Shown here: positions 43,344 through 53,739 of the stretch, in pieces | How the letters are laid out: each line of letters starts with the position of its first letter | Numbering within the stretch: position 1 is the stretch's first letter | The notes under the pieces: generated by a model | Seen by the model: only the letters and a program-made list of their open reading frames with translations | The model's database searches: none | Told to the model about the DNA's origin: nothing | From: an uncultured Gammaproteobacteria bacterium | Lineage (GTDB): Bacteria; Pseudomonadota; Gammaproteobacteria; Xanthomonadales; SZUA-38 | DNA: 53,739 bases | Reading direction: 5' to 3' | Assembly: GCA_964351665.1 (NCBI GenBank) | Contig: CAYGPO010000007.1 | Span: 2,055-55,793, forward strand | Position numbers and translations under genes: made by a program

Positions 43344-44387
43344 CTAAATGATCTGCGGCTCAGGTTCCAGGTTTACCCCAAAGGTCTGCCTCACCGAAGC
43401 CTGAATTTCCCTGGCCAGCTGCCAGATTTCCTGGCCCGTTGCACCGCCGTGGTTGACCAATACCAAACTGTGCTGATCAGATACCCCGGCATTGCCTCGC
43501 CGCACCCCGCGCCAACGGCAGTGTTGGATCATCCAGGCAGCGCTGAGCTTCTTATGCTGTTCACCGGAAGGATAGGCTGGCAACTCCGGCCAGCGATCGT
43601 GTAGCGACTCATATTGGGCCAAGGGTACCTGGGGGTTTTTGAAAAAACTGCCGGCGTTTCCCATCACCTTTGGGTCCGGCAGCTTGCGCTGGCGAATAGC
43701 GCTGATGGCGTTGGCCATGTCCATAGGCTGCACGTCATTGGCTGCACCGAGCTTTTGTTTAGCAAGCATTTCGCTAACCCCTGGGTAGTCCAGCTGAGGC
43801 TGCCCCTGGCGCGCCAGCTGCAGCACGCATTCAGTGATAACAAAGCGGTCAGCGTCTGCATCCTTGAAACGACTCGATCGGTAGCCGAACTGGCACTCGT
43901 CCCGTCCCAGGGTGCGCCAGCGTTGCTCAAGTCGGTCGAAACACTGTAGCTCCAGCAACACGTCAGCCAGCTGCACCCCATAGGCGCCAATATTTTGCAT
44001 CGGCGCAGCGCCCATGTGGCCTGGAATCAAGGCCAGGTTTTCGATACCCCATAGCCCTTGGGACGCGGCCCACAACACCAGCTCGTTCCAGTTTTCCCCC
44101 GCCGCAACCCGCACCCAGACATGGTCCTGCTGCTGCTGGATGACCTGCCGTCCCCGGTTGCGAATGCGAACCACCACCCCTTCAAAGTTGCGCCGAAACA
44201 GCAGGTTGCTGCCGCCGCCCATAACCAGCAGCGGACGCTTGGCATCGCTGGCAAACTGCAGCGCTGACTCCACCTCCAGCCAGCGATCCACGGTGGCTAC
44301 AGCCCATGTTTTGGCCGCTATGCCGAAGCTGTTGAGGCCCTCAAGACTGGTGTTGTAGGAAATGCTGAGCGGCACGGCCGGCTTCAC
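43344..44387 (-). CDS. murB: UDP-N-acetylmuramate dehydrogenase
   Basis: LNSFGI, GGGSNLL, ENLALIPG..GAAPMQNIGAYG, GNAGSFFKNP, HSLVLVN and LEPEP motifs. Confidence 0.95.
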   Translation of the reverse strand: MKPAVPLSISYNTSLEGLNSFGIAAKTWAVATVDRWLEVESALQFASDAKRPLLVMGGGSNLLFRRNFEGVVVRIRNRGRQVIQQQQDHVWVRVAAGENWNELVLWAASQGLWGIENLALIPGHMGAAPMQNIGAYGVQLADVLLELQCFDRLEQRWRTLGRDECQFGYRSSRFKDADADRFVITECVLQLARQGQPQLDYPGVSEMLAKQKLGAANDVQPMDMANAISAIRQRKLPDPKVMGNAGSFFKNPQVPLAQYESLHDRWPELPAYPSGEQHKKLSAAWMIQHCRWRGVRRGNAGVSDQHSLVLVNHGGATGQEIWQLAREIQASVRQTFGVNLEPEPQII

Positions 44388-45372
44388 CCACCAGATTAGG
44401 ACCTTGAAATATCAGCCCGGAATAGATCTGTACCGCGCTGGCTCCGCAGCGTAGTTTTTCCGCCGCGTCCTCGCCGCAGGTAATGCCGCCCACGCCAATC
44501 AGTTCGATGCTGTCATCCAGCTGCTCTCTCAGTGTAATAAGGGTTTCATTGGCGCTGTGCAATAAAGGCGCGCCACTTAAACCGCCTGCCTCCTGGGCGA
44601 TGGGGCTATCTCCCAGACTGGATTTATCGATGGTGGTGTTGGTGGCAATAACCCCGTCTGGGGCCGCCTTGTTGATGGCCTGAGTGAGGGCCTGCAGTGA
44701 TTCCGGGGTCTGGTCCGGGGCCACTTTTACCGCCATGGGAATGGATTTTCCATGGGTTTTTGCCAGCACCTGTGATTCGGTCTTAAGGTCTGACAGCAGC
44801 TGGTACATGGCGTCACCGGCCTGCAGGTCGCGCAGGCCTGCTGTGTTGGGTGACGATACGTTGACGGTAATGTAGCTGGCCACCGGGTAGGCCTTGCGCA
44901 GGCAGTGCAGATAGTCATCCACCGCCCGTTCGTTGGTGGTGTCTTTGTTCTTGCCTATGTTCACGCCAATGACGCCGCCGAACCTGGCGCGGCGAATTTT
45001 TTCCACCAAATGATCCACGCCCTTGTTGTTAAAGCCCATGCGATTGACCAGCGCCTGCTGCTCAGCAACCCGAAACATGCGGGGTTTGGGGTTGCCGGGC
45101 TGGGCTTTGGGCGTGACCGTGCCCAGTTCCAGAAAACCAAAGCCCAGCGCCGCCAGGCCGTCGATGGCGTCGCCGTCTTTGTCCAGCCCCGCGGCCAGGC
45201 CCACTGGATTGGGCAGGTCCATACCCATCAGCCTGACCGGGCAGGGGGGCGGCGGGCAGGCGATGATTTTAGCCAGCCTGCCAGCCCTGCCCAATGAACC
45301 CATGGTCAGGTCATGGGCCGCCTCAGGGTTTAGTCCGAACAGCCATGGACGGGCCAGTCGATACATCAGCAT
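44341..45372 (-). CDS. pyrD: Quinone-dependent dihydroorotate dehydrogenase
   Basis: NPVGLAAGLDK, NRMGFNN, NIGKNK, NVSSPNT, ATNTT and GGLSGAP motifs. Confidence 0.96.
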   Translation of the reverse strand: MLMYRLARPWLFGLNPEAAHDLTMGSLGRAGRLAKIIACPPPPCPVRLMGMDLPNPVGLAAGLDKDGDAIDGLAALGFGFLELGTVTPKAQPGNPKPRMFRVAEQQALVNRMGFNNKGVDHLVEKIRRARFGGVIGVNIGKNKDTTNERAVDDYLHCLRKAYPVASYITVNVSSPNTAGLRDLQAGDAMYQLLSDLKTESQVLAKTHGKSIPMAVKVAPDQTPESLQALTQAINKAAPDGVIATNTTIDKSSLGDSPIAQEAGGLSGAPLLHSANETLITLREQLDDSIELIGVGGITCGEDAAEKLRCGASAVQIYSGLIFQGPNLVGEAGRAAQHFLQHQS

Positions 45373-45411
45373 TTGCCGTTGGCCTGCTTGTTTAGGGTTA
45401 CTGACGACACG

Positions 45412-46935
45412 CTAAAGATCGAACTTAATGCCCTGGGCCAGGGGCAGGTCGTGGCCATAGTTGATGGTGTTGGTCTGTCGCCGCATGTAGGCTTTCCAGG
45501 CGTCTGAGCCTGATTCACGGCCGCCGCCGGTTTCTTTTTCGCCGCCGAAGGCGCCGCCAATTTCCGCCCCGGAGGTGCCGATATTAATGTTGGCAATACC
45601 GCAGTCACTGCCCACCGCGGACAGAAATTGCTCCGCCGCTCGCAGGTCGGTGGTGAACAGGGCTGAAGACAGACCCTGGGGCACGGCGTTCTGGATCTCG
45701 ATGGCCTGGTCCAAGTTGCTGTAGGGCAGCAGATAACAAATTGGGGCAAAGGTTTCCGTGCTCACCATGGGCATCTCAGGATCGGCTCGTACCAGGGTGG
45801 GCTGAACAAAATTACCATCACCTTCAATGACTTTTCCCCCCGCCAGAATCTCACCCCCCTGTTCGGTGATGGTGGCAATGGCGCTGGAAAACCGTGTGAC
45901 GGATTCCTGATCGATCAGCGGCCCCATCAAGGTGTTGTCGTCCAGGGGATCGCCAATGCGGACCTGGCCATAGGCGGCGGCCAGGGTTTTGCTCAGCTCA
46001 TCGATAATGGACTCGTGCACAATCACTCGTCGGGTGCTGGTGCAACGCTGGCCTGCGGTGCCCACGGCGCCAAACACTATGGCTGGAACCGCCAGTTTCA
46101 GATCCGCGGTGGGATCAACAATCATCGCGTTGTTGCCGCCCAGTTCAAGCAATGACTTACCCATTCGCGCTGCCACCCGTTGGCCCACCTGACTGCCGAT
46201 GGCGCAGGAACCGGTAAAGCTCATCAGCGCAACCCGGCGATCATCCACAAAGCGCTGAGCCAGCTCATTGCCGGCGTCGTTGAACAGCATGAAAATGGGA
46301 GGGAAGCCGCCATCGAGCAGGGCCTGGTTACAGATTTTCATGGTGGCCAGGGCGCACAGCGGGGTTTTGGGTGACGGTTTCCAGACACTGACATTGCCGC
46401 AGACTGCAGCGATAAAAGCGTTCCAGGCCCACACCGCAACGGGGAAATTAAACGCCGAAATAATCCCCACCACACCCAGCGGATGCCACTGCTCATACAT
46501 GCGATGAGTAGGACGCTCGGAGTGCATGGTATTGCCGTATAGCATGCGAGACTGACCCACGGCAAACTCGCCGATGTCGATCATTTCCTGCACTTCGCCG
46601 TCGCCTTCGGGCTTAATTTTACCCATCTCAAGGCTGACTAAAGAACCCAGCGCGTCTTTGTTCAAACGCAGTGCTTCGGTGGCCAGGCGCACCGCCTGGC
46701 CCCGCTGGGGCGCCGGCACTTTAGCCCAGGCATTGGCCAACTCGCTGGCGGCTGCCAGGGTGGCCTCGTAGTCGGCCTCGCTGCTGCCGGCAACCGTGCC
46801 AATGCGCTGGCCGCTGGCTGGGCTAAACGATTCAATGATGGACTCGCCGGGGGCAACCCAGCTGCCGTGGTAGCAGCCGGAGTTGACGCCGTCAGCATCA
46901 AGCTGCAGCTGGGTAAGCAGATTATTTTTTTTCAT
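45412..46935 (-). CDS. ALDH7-family aldehyde dehydrogenase (piperideine-6-carboxylate / aminoadipate-semialdehyde dehydrogenase-like)
   Basis: [61 protein letters not shown] and LPLAQGIKF motifs. Confidence 0.9.
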   Translation of the reverse strand: MKKNNLLTQLQLDADGVNSGCYHGSWVAPGESIIESFSPASGQRIGTVAGSSEADYEATLAAASELANAWAKVPAPQRGQAVRLATEALRLNKDALGSLVSLEMGKIKPEGDGEVQEMIDIGEFAVGQSRMLYGNTMHSERPTHRMYEQWHPLGVVGIISAFNFPVAVWAWNAFIAAVCGNVSVWKPSPKTPLCALATMKICNQALLDGGFPPIFMLFNDAGNELAQRFVDDRRVALMSFTGSCAIGSQVGQRVAARMGKSLLELGGNNAMIVDPTADLKLAVPAIVFGAVGTAGQRCTSTRRVIVHESIIDELSKTLAAAYGQVRIGDPLDDNTLMGPLIDQESVTRFSSAIATITEQGGEILAGGKVIEGDGNFVQPTLVRADPEMPMVSTETFAPICYLLPYSNLDQAIEIQNAVPQGLSSALFTTDLRAAEQFLSAVGSDCGIANINIGTSGAEIGGAFGGEKETGGGRESGSDAWKAYMRRQTNTINYGHDLPLAQGIKFDL

Positions 46936-47750
46936 GGGTTTTCCCGTTGCTCACCGCCCTCAGGCGGCCAGAGTTTTACCAGTGCTACCACGCCAAAAAA
47001 GGCGTGGTCGAAGTAGTTGACGGCGTTCAGGGTGACCTGGCGCCGCTCCGAAATTCGGTGGGTGGTGTAGTTGCCTGGCTGTTCCAGGGTTTGTAGATCG
47101 CCGTAATGTGGCGCTCCCCGACGGTCTTTCAAGTGCATGGCCAGATCAATTCTAAGGTGCAGGAAGCGACCTCGCTCAAGGGCCGCTGTGCCGTCAACGG
47201 CGTAAACCGGTGTTCTGGCCACCGACCCCAGCAGCAATGCCGCATTATCGCGCACAATGCTGTCTACCACCGCGCCGCCATGGACCCTGACTGGCTGTGG
47301 ATCACCGAAGCTGGCTGCGGGCTGATGCCAGCCGCGCTGGGCGAGGGGCTGAAGGCCTGGCTCCGCAGACACGGCACGCCACTCCCGACTCATGACCAGC
47401 TGTTGTTCAGGCATGGCAACAAACAGATCTGTCACCGGTCGCAGAGGAAAGGCGCTGATCTCCGGCTGGGGGCGGGGCCGGGCAAACCCAGGGTTGCTGC
47501 TGATAGGCCAGAGGTCCAGGGCCTGGCTTACGTCCGGTTCGCCGGGGAATCGGTACAGAGCCTCCTGGGCATTGAGGCGCTGGAATACTAAGATCTCCAC
47601 GTAGTATCGGGTTTCGCCGCCGTCGGAGCCTGAAGCCTGAGCCTGAGCCTGAGCCTGTGCGTTGATACTACCGGTGAGCCAGACAACGGCGGTCAGAATC
47701 AGCCCTAAGATTCGGCTGGGTAACTGGCGATTTCTCGGTAACTTGTTCAT
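46932..47750 (-). CDS. CsiV-family periplasmic peptidoglycan-binding protein
   Basis: Signal peptide; [16 protein letters not shown]...RFLHL.IDL and RR...NYFDH..FGV motifs. Conserved position downstream of mfd. Confidence 0.75.
   Translation of the reverse strand: MNKLPRNRQLPSRILGLILTAVVWLTGSINAQAQAQAQASGSDGGETRYYVEILVFQRLNAQEALYRFPGEPDVSQALDLWPISSNPGFARPRPQPEISAFPLRPVTDLFVAMPEQQLVMSREWRAVSAEPGLQPLAQRGWHQPAASFGDPQPVRVHGGAVVDSIVRDNAALLLGSVARTPVYAVDGTAALERGRFLHLRIDLAMHLKDRRGAPHYGDLQTLEQPGNYTTHRISERRQVTLNAVNYFDHAFFGVVALVKLWPPEGGEQRENP
47635..47658. repeat. Hexanucleotide tandem repeat (GCCTGA)3-GCCTGT encoding an AQ repeat
   Basis: Read directly; in frame, at the end of the CsiV-like signal peptide. 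Confidence 0.7.
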
Positions 47751-50700
47751 GCGGCCTCCTGCTGATTGAGTCGGCCGATGATCTGTTCAGCGGCCTGTAT
47801 CCGCTCATCGGCGGTTTCAAGATCCAGAGTGACCTTAAGTTTATGCTGGCCGTCGAAGGCATAGCGGGACGGCTCGCTTTGGACCATTTTGATCAGGGTC
47901 AGGGGTTCGATGCTGGCGTTAGCGGTGAATTCAATGCTGCCGCCGCCGGCGTGCATCTGAACGTTGGCAATGCCCATGGCCTCCGCTGTCTGGCGAATTC
48001 TGGCCACCGCAAACAGATGCTGGGCGGGCTCGGGCAGCAGACCAAAACGATCGATCATTTCCACCGCGATGGCGTCCAGGGATTCACCGTCCCTGGCGCT
48101 GGAGATGCGTTTGTAAAGCACCAGCCGCATGTGCACATCGGGCAGGTAAGGGTCCGGGATCAGGACCGGGATGGACAGGTCCACCTCACAGCCGCCGGCA
48201 TCGGGCAGGTCATCTTCCGGCAGCTGGCCGGCGCGCATGGCCCGCACCGCGCGCTCCAACAGCTCCATATAAAGCTGAAAGCCCACCTGGGCAATCTGAC
48301 CGCTTTGACCGTCACCCAGCAGTTCGCCGGCGCCTCGAATTTCCAGATCGTGGGTGGCCAGGGTGAAACCTATGCCAAGTTCCTCCAGCGATTCCAGCGC
48401 TTCCAGCCGTTTGACGGCATCGCCGGTCATGGCTTTGGGCGGCGGCGTAATCATATAGGCGTAGGCCCGGTGATGAGAGCGCCCAACCCGGCCCCGCAGC
48501 TGATGCAGCTGGGACAGCCCCAGGCGATCTGCCCGGTTGATGATAATGGTGTTGGCAGAGGGCACGTCGATGCCATTTTCAATAATGGTTGAACATACCA
48601 GCAGGTTGATTCGCTGCTGATAGAACTCCCGCATTACGTTTTCCAGCTCCCGCTCGCCCATCTGGCCGTGGGCCACCGCCAGGCGTGCATGGGGAAACAG
48701 CTCCTCCAGTTCCCTGGCCATGCGCTCGATGTTTTTCACTTCGTTGTGCAAAAAGTAAACCTGGCCGCCCCGATTGAGCTCCCGGTCCACCGCGTCCTTG
48801 ATGGTGCCATTGTCCCACTGGGCAACAAAGGTTTTTACCGCCATGCGGTGGGCCGGGGCGGTGGCGATAATCGACAGGTCACGCATACCTGATAACGCCA
48901 TATTTAAGGTTCTGGGTATGGGCGTGGCGGTCAGGGTCAGCAGATCAACCTCAGCGCGCATTTGCTTGATGCGTTCTTTCTGGCGCACGCCAAAGCGCTG
49001 CTCTTCGTCCACGATCAGCAGGCCAAGGTTTTTTACTTTGACGTCTTTTTGCAGCAGCCGATGGGTGCCGATGACTATATCCACCTTGCCCTCAGCCAGG
49101 TCCTTGAGCACCGTGCTGGCCTCCGCTTTAGACTGGAACCGGGACAGGGCTTCGACCCTGATCGGCCAGTTGGCGAAGCGCTCAGCAAAGCTGCGACGGT
49201 GCTGCTCTGCCAGCAGCGTGGTTGGCACCAGCACTATTACCTGGGTGTCGGCCTGTACGGCAATAAAAGCCGCTCGCAACGCCACCTCGGTTTTACCGAA
49301 ACCCACGTCGCCGCAGACCACCCGATCCATGGGCTGATCGCTGGCCAGGTCTTCCAGCACCGCGTCTATGGCCCGGGCCTGGTCGTCGGTTTCCTGGTAG
49401 GGAAAGCCGGCACAGAAGCGGGCATAAAGGGAAGCATCAATGGGCATGGCGCGGCCCCGGCGGGCTTCCCGCCGGGCGTACAGCTCCAGCAGTTCAGCGG
49501 CCACGTCACGAACCTTCTTAGCTGCTTTGCTTTTGGCTTTGGCCCACTGGTCGCCGCCCAGCTTGTGCAGTGGCGCGTGCTCGGGATCTGCGCCGGTATA
49601 GCGGCTAATCAGGTGCAGGGCCGATACCGGCACGTAGACCTTGTCACCGCCGGCGTATTCCAGCGCCACAAATTCTGCCTCCACGCCGCCGGCGGACATG
49701 CGGTTCAGGCCCTGATAGCGGCCGACCCCGTAATCCTCGTGGACCACTGGTGAGCCGGGGCTGAGATCGTTCAGATCACTGATGATGGCCTCAGCGCTGC
49801 GGCCCGGCCGCCGCTCGCGGCGGGTGGTGGCGTTGCGTCGACCCAGCAGTTCGGTTTCGGTCAAAAAGGCCGGGCCGTCGGTCATCACAAAGCCGGTGTT
49901 CAGCAGCCCGACTGCCGTGTACAGGCCATTTTCTGTGCCAGACCAGTCAGACAGCTGCTCCAGGGTCAGGGGATGCTGACCATGGCCCAGCAGATGTTCG
50001 GTCAGGATCTGGCGCCGACCTTCGCTGCTGGCCACGGCGATCACCGCGCCAGCGCGGCGTTTCAAAAGTTCTGCCATGCGCTGTTCGCCGCCGTCGGCTT
50101 CCAGGTCGGTGATGGGCGCTGACGTAACCTTCAGGCGAGCCGTGGCGGCGGCATCGCTGCTGTAGCCGGCGCGGATAAACTGGCGCACCCGTTGGTCGGT
50201 TTGGTCCGGGCTTAGCAAGAGTTCATCGGGCCGAAGTATAGGCCTGCGCACGTCATGGCGACGGTCCTCGAAGCGGGCATTGAGCTGCAGCCATGACTCC
50301 GATATCGCCTGCTCCAGGCTCGCGGTATGAACCAACAGGGTTTTGGCCGGAAGATAATCAAAGATCGTGGCGGGCTGCTCAAAGAACAGGGGCAGGTAGT
50401 ATTCGATGCCGTTGCCTGGCACGCCGGCTTTGGCGTCCTTGTATAAATCGCATTGCTGCAGGTTGACGTCAAACCGGTTGCGAAAGGCGCTGCGAAAGGT
50501 GTTGGCGCCGGTCTCGTCAAAGGGATATTCCCGCGCCGGTAACAGTGCCACGTGACTCATCTTCTGCAGCGACAGCTGGGTCTCCGGGTCAAAGCTGCGG
50601 ATGGTCTCCACTTCGTTATCAAACAGCTCCACCCGCAGCGGATGCTCGGCGCCCATGGGAAACAAATCTACCAACGCGCCGCGCACGGCGAACTCTCCCC

Positions 50701-51169
50701 GTTCGTTCACCTGGGGCACAAAACGGTAGCCGGCGGCTGTCAGCCGGGCCCGCTCGCGCTCCGGATCAAACTGGTCGCCGATCTTAAGCAGCAGGCCCTG
50801 ACCGTGGATATAGCTGGGTGGCGCGATTCGTTGGGCCAGCGCCTGGGCTGGCATCACCAGCGCGCCATGGCTGACTGACTTAAGGGCATAAAGGGTTGAG
50901 ATCCGGTCCGAGGTGATATCCGGATGGGGCGCAAACTGGTCGTAGGGCAGGGTCTCCCAGTCGGGAAACGGCAGCACCGGCTGGCCAAATGCCTGGATTT
51001 CGTCAGTCAGGATTTGCGCAGACCGAGAGTCCTCAGTAACCACCAACACAAACTGTTTTTTGATCCCAGCCTGATGCGCCACCGCCAGCGCCAGGGAACT
51101 CCCGGGCAGGTAGCCCCAGTCTGCTCGACGGCTGGTGTTGCCTGGAATTGGCGGCTCCAGCAGCTTCAT
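47747..51169 (-). CDS. mfd: Transcription-repair coupling factor
   Basis: FPDWETLPYD, CarD-like VVHEDYGVGRY, CGDVGFGKTEVA, DEEQRFGV, TATPIPRT, QLRGRVGRS motifs and TRCF C-terminus. Confidence 0.98.
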   Translation of the reverse strand: MKLLEPPIPGNTSRRADWGYLPGSSLALAVAHQAGIKKQFVLVVTEDSRSAQILTDEIQAFGQPVLPFPDWETLPYDQFAPHPDITSDRISTLYALKSVSHGALVMPAQALAQRIAPPSYIHGQGLLLKIGDQFDPERERARLTAAGYRFVPQVNERGEFAVRGALVDLFPMGAEHPLRVELFDNEVETIRSFDPETQLSLQKMSHVALLPAREYPFDETGANTFRSAFRNRFDVNLQQCDLYKDAKAGVPGNGIEYYLPLFFEQPATIFDYLPAKTLLVHTASLEQAISESWLQLNARFEDRRHDVRRPILRPDELLLSPDQTDQRVRQFIRAGYSSDAAATARLKVTSAPITDLEADGGEQRMAELLKRRAGAVIAVASSEGRRQILTEHLLGHGQHPLTLEQLSDWSGTENGLYTAVGLLNTGFVMTDGPAFLTETELLGRRNATTRRERRPGRSAEAIISDLNDLSPGSPVVHEDYGVGRYQGLNRMSAGGVEAEFVALEYAGGDKVYVPVSALHLISRYTGADPEHAPLHKLGGDQWAKAKSKAAKKVRDVAAELLELYARREARRGRAMPIDASLYARFCAGFPYQETDDQARAIDAVLEDLASDQPMDRVVCGDVGFGKTEVALRAAFIAVQADTQVIVLVPTTLLAEQHRRSFAERFANWPIRVEALSRFQSKAEASTVLKDLAEGKVDIVIGTHRLLQKDVKVKNLGLLIVDEEQRFGVRQKERIKQMRAEVDLLTLTATPIPRTLNMALSGMRDLSIIATAPAHRMAVKTFVAQWDNGTIKDAVDRELNRGGQVYFLHNEVKNIERMARELEELFPHARLAVAHGQMGERELENVMREFYQQRINLLVCSTIIENGIDVPSANTIIINRADRLGLSQLHQLRGRVGRSHHRAYAYMITPPPKAMTGDAVKRLEALESLEELGIGFTLATHDLEIRGAGELLGDGQSGQIAQVGFQLYMELLERAVRAMRAGQLPEDDLPDAGGCEVDLSIPVLIPDPYLPDVHMRLVLYKRISSARDGESLDAIAVEMIDRFGLLPEPAQHLFAVARIRQTAEAMGIANVQMHAGGGSIEFTANASIEPLTLIKMVQSEPSRYAFDGQHKLKVTLDLETADERIQAAEQIIGRLNQQEAA

Positions 51170-52860
51170 GATGTGGACGCATCGGGTGCGGCGTTAGGTG
51201 TGGGTTTGCCCAGTACCCTGGGCGCAATCAGCAGCAGTATCAGGCAGACCAGGCCGCAGGCCCACCAGGGCACGCCAAAGCCCACCGGCAGCAAGCCCCC
51301 AACAATGGCTACGCAGGCCACCGTCATGGCGTAGGGCAGTTGAGTATTGACGTGTTCCACGTGATCACAGCCCGAGGCCATGGAAGACAAAATGGTGGTG
51401 TCTGAAATAGGCGATACGTGATCGCCCCAGACCGCGCCCCCCAGCACGCTGGCGATGGAGGCATAAAACACAGCCGCGTTGGTGCCCTCCAACGGGCCAC
51501 CGCCGGCAACCGCCCAGGCCAGTGGAACGATCAGCGGAATCAATATGCCCATGGTGCCGAAACTGGTGCCGGTGCCAAAGGCGGTGAGGGCGGCCAGGAT
51601 AAACACCAGGGTGGGTAGCAGTGCCGGGTTAATGGTATCGCCAAGCTGCTCCACCAGATAATGGCCGGTGCCCAGGGCGTCGGTGACACCGGACATGGCC
51701 CAGGCCATAACCAAAATGATGATGGCGGGCACCATGGAGGTAACGCCATTGCTCCAGGCCTCCATGGTTTTTTCCAGGCTGGCGATGCCCTGACTGACGG
51801 TGAGGGCAACGGCAACAAGGCAGCTGGCCAGTGAAGCCCACACCAGGGCGGCGTAAGAATCGGCGTCGCCGATCACCTGCTGCAGGGACTTGCCGTCACC
51901 GCCGCCGCCGGTTTCCCACAGGCCCCACATCACGCCCACCACCAGCACCACAATCGGCAGCACCGCATTAATCGCCCGCTGCGGGCCCACCGGGTCTGCG
52001 GTGTCGCTTTCAGCAGGTCCATTGCGGTGGTTAACGGCCAGTCGGGCAGCGGCTTCAAGGCGTGCCATGGGGCCATAGTCTCGGCCTGAAAAAATAATGA
52101 TGTAGACGAAGGCGACCGCCAGCAGGGGATAAAAACTGTACTGCAAACTGTACAGAAAAATCAGGTAAGCATCTGTTTCAATGCCAATTTTTTCAGCGGC
52201 ATCACCAATTAGCCCAACCTGATATCCAATCCAGGTGGTGATCAGCGCCACGCAGGACACCGGCGCGGCGGTGGAGTCGACGATGTAGGCCAGCTTGGCC
52301 CGGGACACCCCCATGCGATCGGTCACCGGGCGCATGGCGTTGCCTACCACCAGGGTATTGGCGTAGTCGTCAAAGAATATGGCGAGCCCGAGGGTGGCGG
52401 TGGCCAGGCTGGCGCGTTTGGCGTCCCGTGCCCAGCGGGTCAGCTTCTCCACCACCCCAGCCATGCCGCCGTTGTTGGCAATGACCCCCACCATGCCGCC
52501 AATCAGCAGCGAAAAAACGATCACCGAGGCATGGCCAGAGTCGGCCACCGCGTTCACCACATAGCGTTGGCTCACGTCCAGTAATCCCTGGCCCATGGCG
52601 CTCATTGACCAACCGTGCACCGCCCATGCACCGACCCATAGACCCAGGAACAGCGCCAGTATTACCTGCCGAAAAAGCAGGGCAATGGCGATGGCCAGCA
52701 CCGGCGGCAACACGGAAACCCAGCCGCGATGCAGCGGCTGATCGGAGCCTGCTGCTGCCTCGGTGGCTGTTTGGGCAAACGCTGAATCTGGCCACAGAGC
52801 CGCGAACAGGATTAGCGCTGCGGGTGCCAGCAATATCAATAGGGGTCGGCTTATGTGCAT
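51166..52860 (-). CDS. NhaC-family Na+/H+ antiporter-like transporter
   Basis: IFFDDYAN, LAYIVDSTAAP, GTSFGTMGIL, GDHVSPISDTT and HVNTQLPY motifs. N-terminal signal-like extension. Confidence 0.88.
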   Translation of the reverse strand: MHISRPLLILLAPAALILFAALWPDSAFAQTATEAAAGSDQPLHRGWVSVLPPVLAIAIALLFRQVILALFLGLWVGAWAVHGWSMSAMGQGLLDVSQRYVVNAVADSGHASVIVFSLLIGGMVGVIANNGGMAGVVEKLTRWARDAKRASLATATLGLAIFFDDYANTLVVGNAMRPVTDRMGVSRAKLAYIVDSTAAPVSCVALITTWIGYQVGLIGDAAEKIGIETDAYLIFLYSLQYSFYPLLAVAFVYIIIFSGRDYGPMARLEAAARLAVNHRNGPAESDTADPVGPQRAINAVLPIVVLVVGVMWGLWETGGGGDGKSLQQVIGDADSYAALVWASLASCLVAVALTVSQGIASLEKTMEAWSNGVTSMVPAIIILVMAWAMSGVTDALGTGHYLVEQLGDTINPALLPTLVFILAALTAFGTGTSFGTMGILIPLIVPLAWAVAGGGPLEGTNAAVFYASIASVLGGAVWGDHVSPISDTTILSSMASGCDHVEHVNTQLPYAMTVACVAIVGGLLPVGFGVPWWACGLVCLILLLIAPRVLGKPTPNAAPDASTS

Positions 52861-52887
52861 GGGGCTCCGATTTGGGGACTGTCAGTG

Positions 52888-52919
52888 GGCCTTGAGTCTG
52901 GGTCGCAGACTCTCAGGCC
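52888..52919. other. Intergenic stem-loop (GGCCT-T-GAGTCTG-GGTCG-CAGACTC-TC-AGGCC)
   Basis: 7-bp plus 5-bp stem between the hydrolase stop and the transporter start; no U-tract. Confidence 0.4.
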
Positions 52920-52947
52920 GGGGAGCGCAAGGATACCGTTTTGAGGC

Positions 52948-53739
52948 TCATTCGTCGCCTTTTCGAAAGGCCAAATAGGCCTGGCTGAGGGCGTCGGGCG
53001 CTTCAAGTTGAGGGTAGTGGCCAATGTTGGCATCACGGGTCAGATGAAGGTCTGGGCAGAGCCGGCTCAGGGAATCGGCCATGTGAGCGCCTGATACCGG
53101 GTCCAGCTCGCCAATATAAGCGCCGGTTGGACATGATGCGTCCCGCAGCGCGTTCACCCAGCGGTCTTTGTACCTGCGCCGCTCTCGCTGGTATTGGCTG
53201 ACTGCTGGCATCACGCGGCGTCCGCCGTGTTGCTCAAGCAGCTGCCAGCAGGCGGCGAGATCCGCCAGGTCCGGCTGGGTCTGGGGGCCGAAAACCGCGG
53301 CGAACGAACGGCGAAAGGTGGATAAATTGATGCAACGGGCAACCAGCGGACCCAAAGGGCCCAGCAACAGTTTTTGCACGGGCCGCGGGCGGTGTTGACC
53401 CGGGACTATGCCACCGTTTAACAGGTAGACCGACTGAATTTTCAGCTCATCTGCCAGATTTTCCTGGGTCAGCGCCAGCAGCTCCTGAGCCACGCTGTCA
53501 CCATAGTCATGGGCTAATACATGCACCTGTTCGATGTTGTGCTGGCGGCATAGCGCCAGGATTAGCTGGGCCTGGTCCCGAAGGCTGTAGGGATAGGGGT
53601 GGGGTTTTGCAGAATAGCCAAAACCCAACAGGTCCGGCGCTAATAACGGACCAAGGCTGGTGAGCGTTGGCCAGACCCGGTGCCAGTCCCAGGAGGCTGT
53701 GGGAAAACCATGGATCAGCACCGTGGTGGCGCCACTGCC
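52948..53739 (-). CDS. Alpha/beta-fold hydrolase, epoxide-hydrolase/MEST-like (5' end beyond the window)
   Basis: HGFPT, PDLLGFGYSAKP, Asp nucleophile in AHDYG and GHYPQLE motifs. The frame stays open to the window edge. Confidence 0.88.
   Translation of the reverse strand, partial: GSGATTVLIHGFPTASWDWHRVWPTLTSLGPLLAPDLLGFGYSAKPHPYPYSLRDQAQLILALCRQHNIEQVHVLAHDYGDSVAQELLALTQENLADELKIQSVYLLNGGIVPGQHRPRPVQKLLLGPLGPLVARCINLSTFRRSFAAVFGPQTQPDLADLAACWQLLEQHGGRRVMPAVSQYQRERRRYKDRWVNALRDASCPTGAYIGELDPVSGAHMADSLSRLCPDLHLTRDANIGHYPQLEAPDALSQAYLAFRKGDE

Noticed and set aside
52888-52925. Glycine riboswitch (ACTCTCAGG motif) upstream of the transporter
   Set aside because: The motif is on the strand opposite the gene, and the other conserved aptamer elements are missing.
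442-53398. Numerous antisense and alternate-frame ORFs of 60-280 aa (e.g. 2065-2892, 19116-19949, 48962-49753)
   Set aside because: They shadow well-supported genes, lack recognisable motifs, and are expected in GC-rich DNA.
1-53739. CRISPR array, rRNA/tRNA genes, prophage or defence island
   Set aside because: I saw no regularly spaced repeats, tRNA-like cloverleafs, or integrase, cas, nuclease or phage structural genes. Intergenic gaps are short and mostly accounted for.

Overview
GC-rich chromosomal window from a gammaproteobacterium. Gene content and order (mfd-csiV, rpsF-rpsR-DUF2232-rplI-dnaB without priB, asnS, kmo, a large secreted S8 protease) suggest a Xanthomonadales/Wenzhouxiangella-like lineage, which is an inference. 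Most of the window is housekeeping: a complete ccmABCDEFGHI operon (ccmD is missing from the ORF track), gor, uup, mtnA, HMG-CoA lyase, asnS, an A-type Fe-S carrier, r-protein genes, dnaB, gph, murB, pyrD, an ALDH7-type dehydrogenase, mfd and an NhaC-family transporter. Signalling genes are an ECF sigma/anti-sigma/PDZ triplet and a divergent REC-PAS-GGDEF-EAL protein. The least ordinary part is 20.4-36.3 kb. It holds a 1373-aa subtilase with two 117-aa C-terminal repeats, an AT-rich palindrome, two paralogous secreted non-catalytic FGE/CLec-fold proteins sharing an unusual N-terminal motif, kynurenine 3-monooxygenase, a TPR-sulfotransferase and a secreted TPR/transglutaminase-like protein. Two different CTAG-bounded miniature inverted-repeat elements sit side by side at 32.1-32.5 kb, and a full copy of one follows dnaB. 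I found no rRNA, tRNA, CRISPR array, transposase, integrase, reverse transcriptase or phage gene. All assignments are by eye from motifs; no searches were run.
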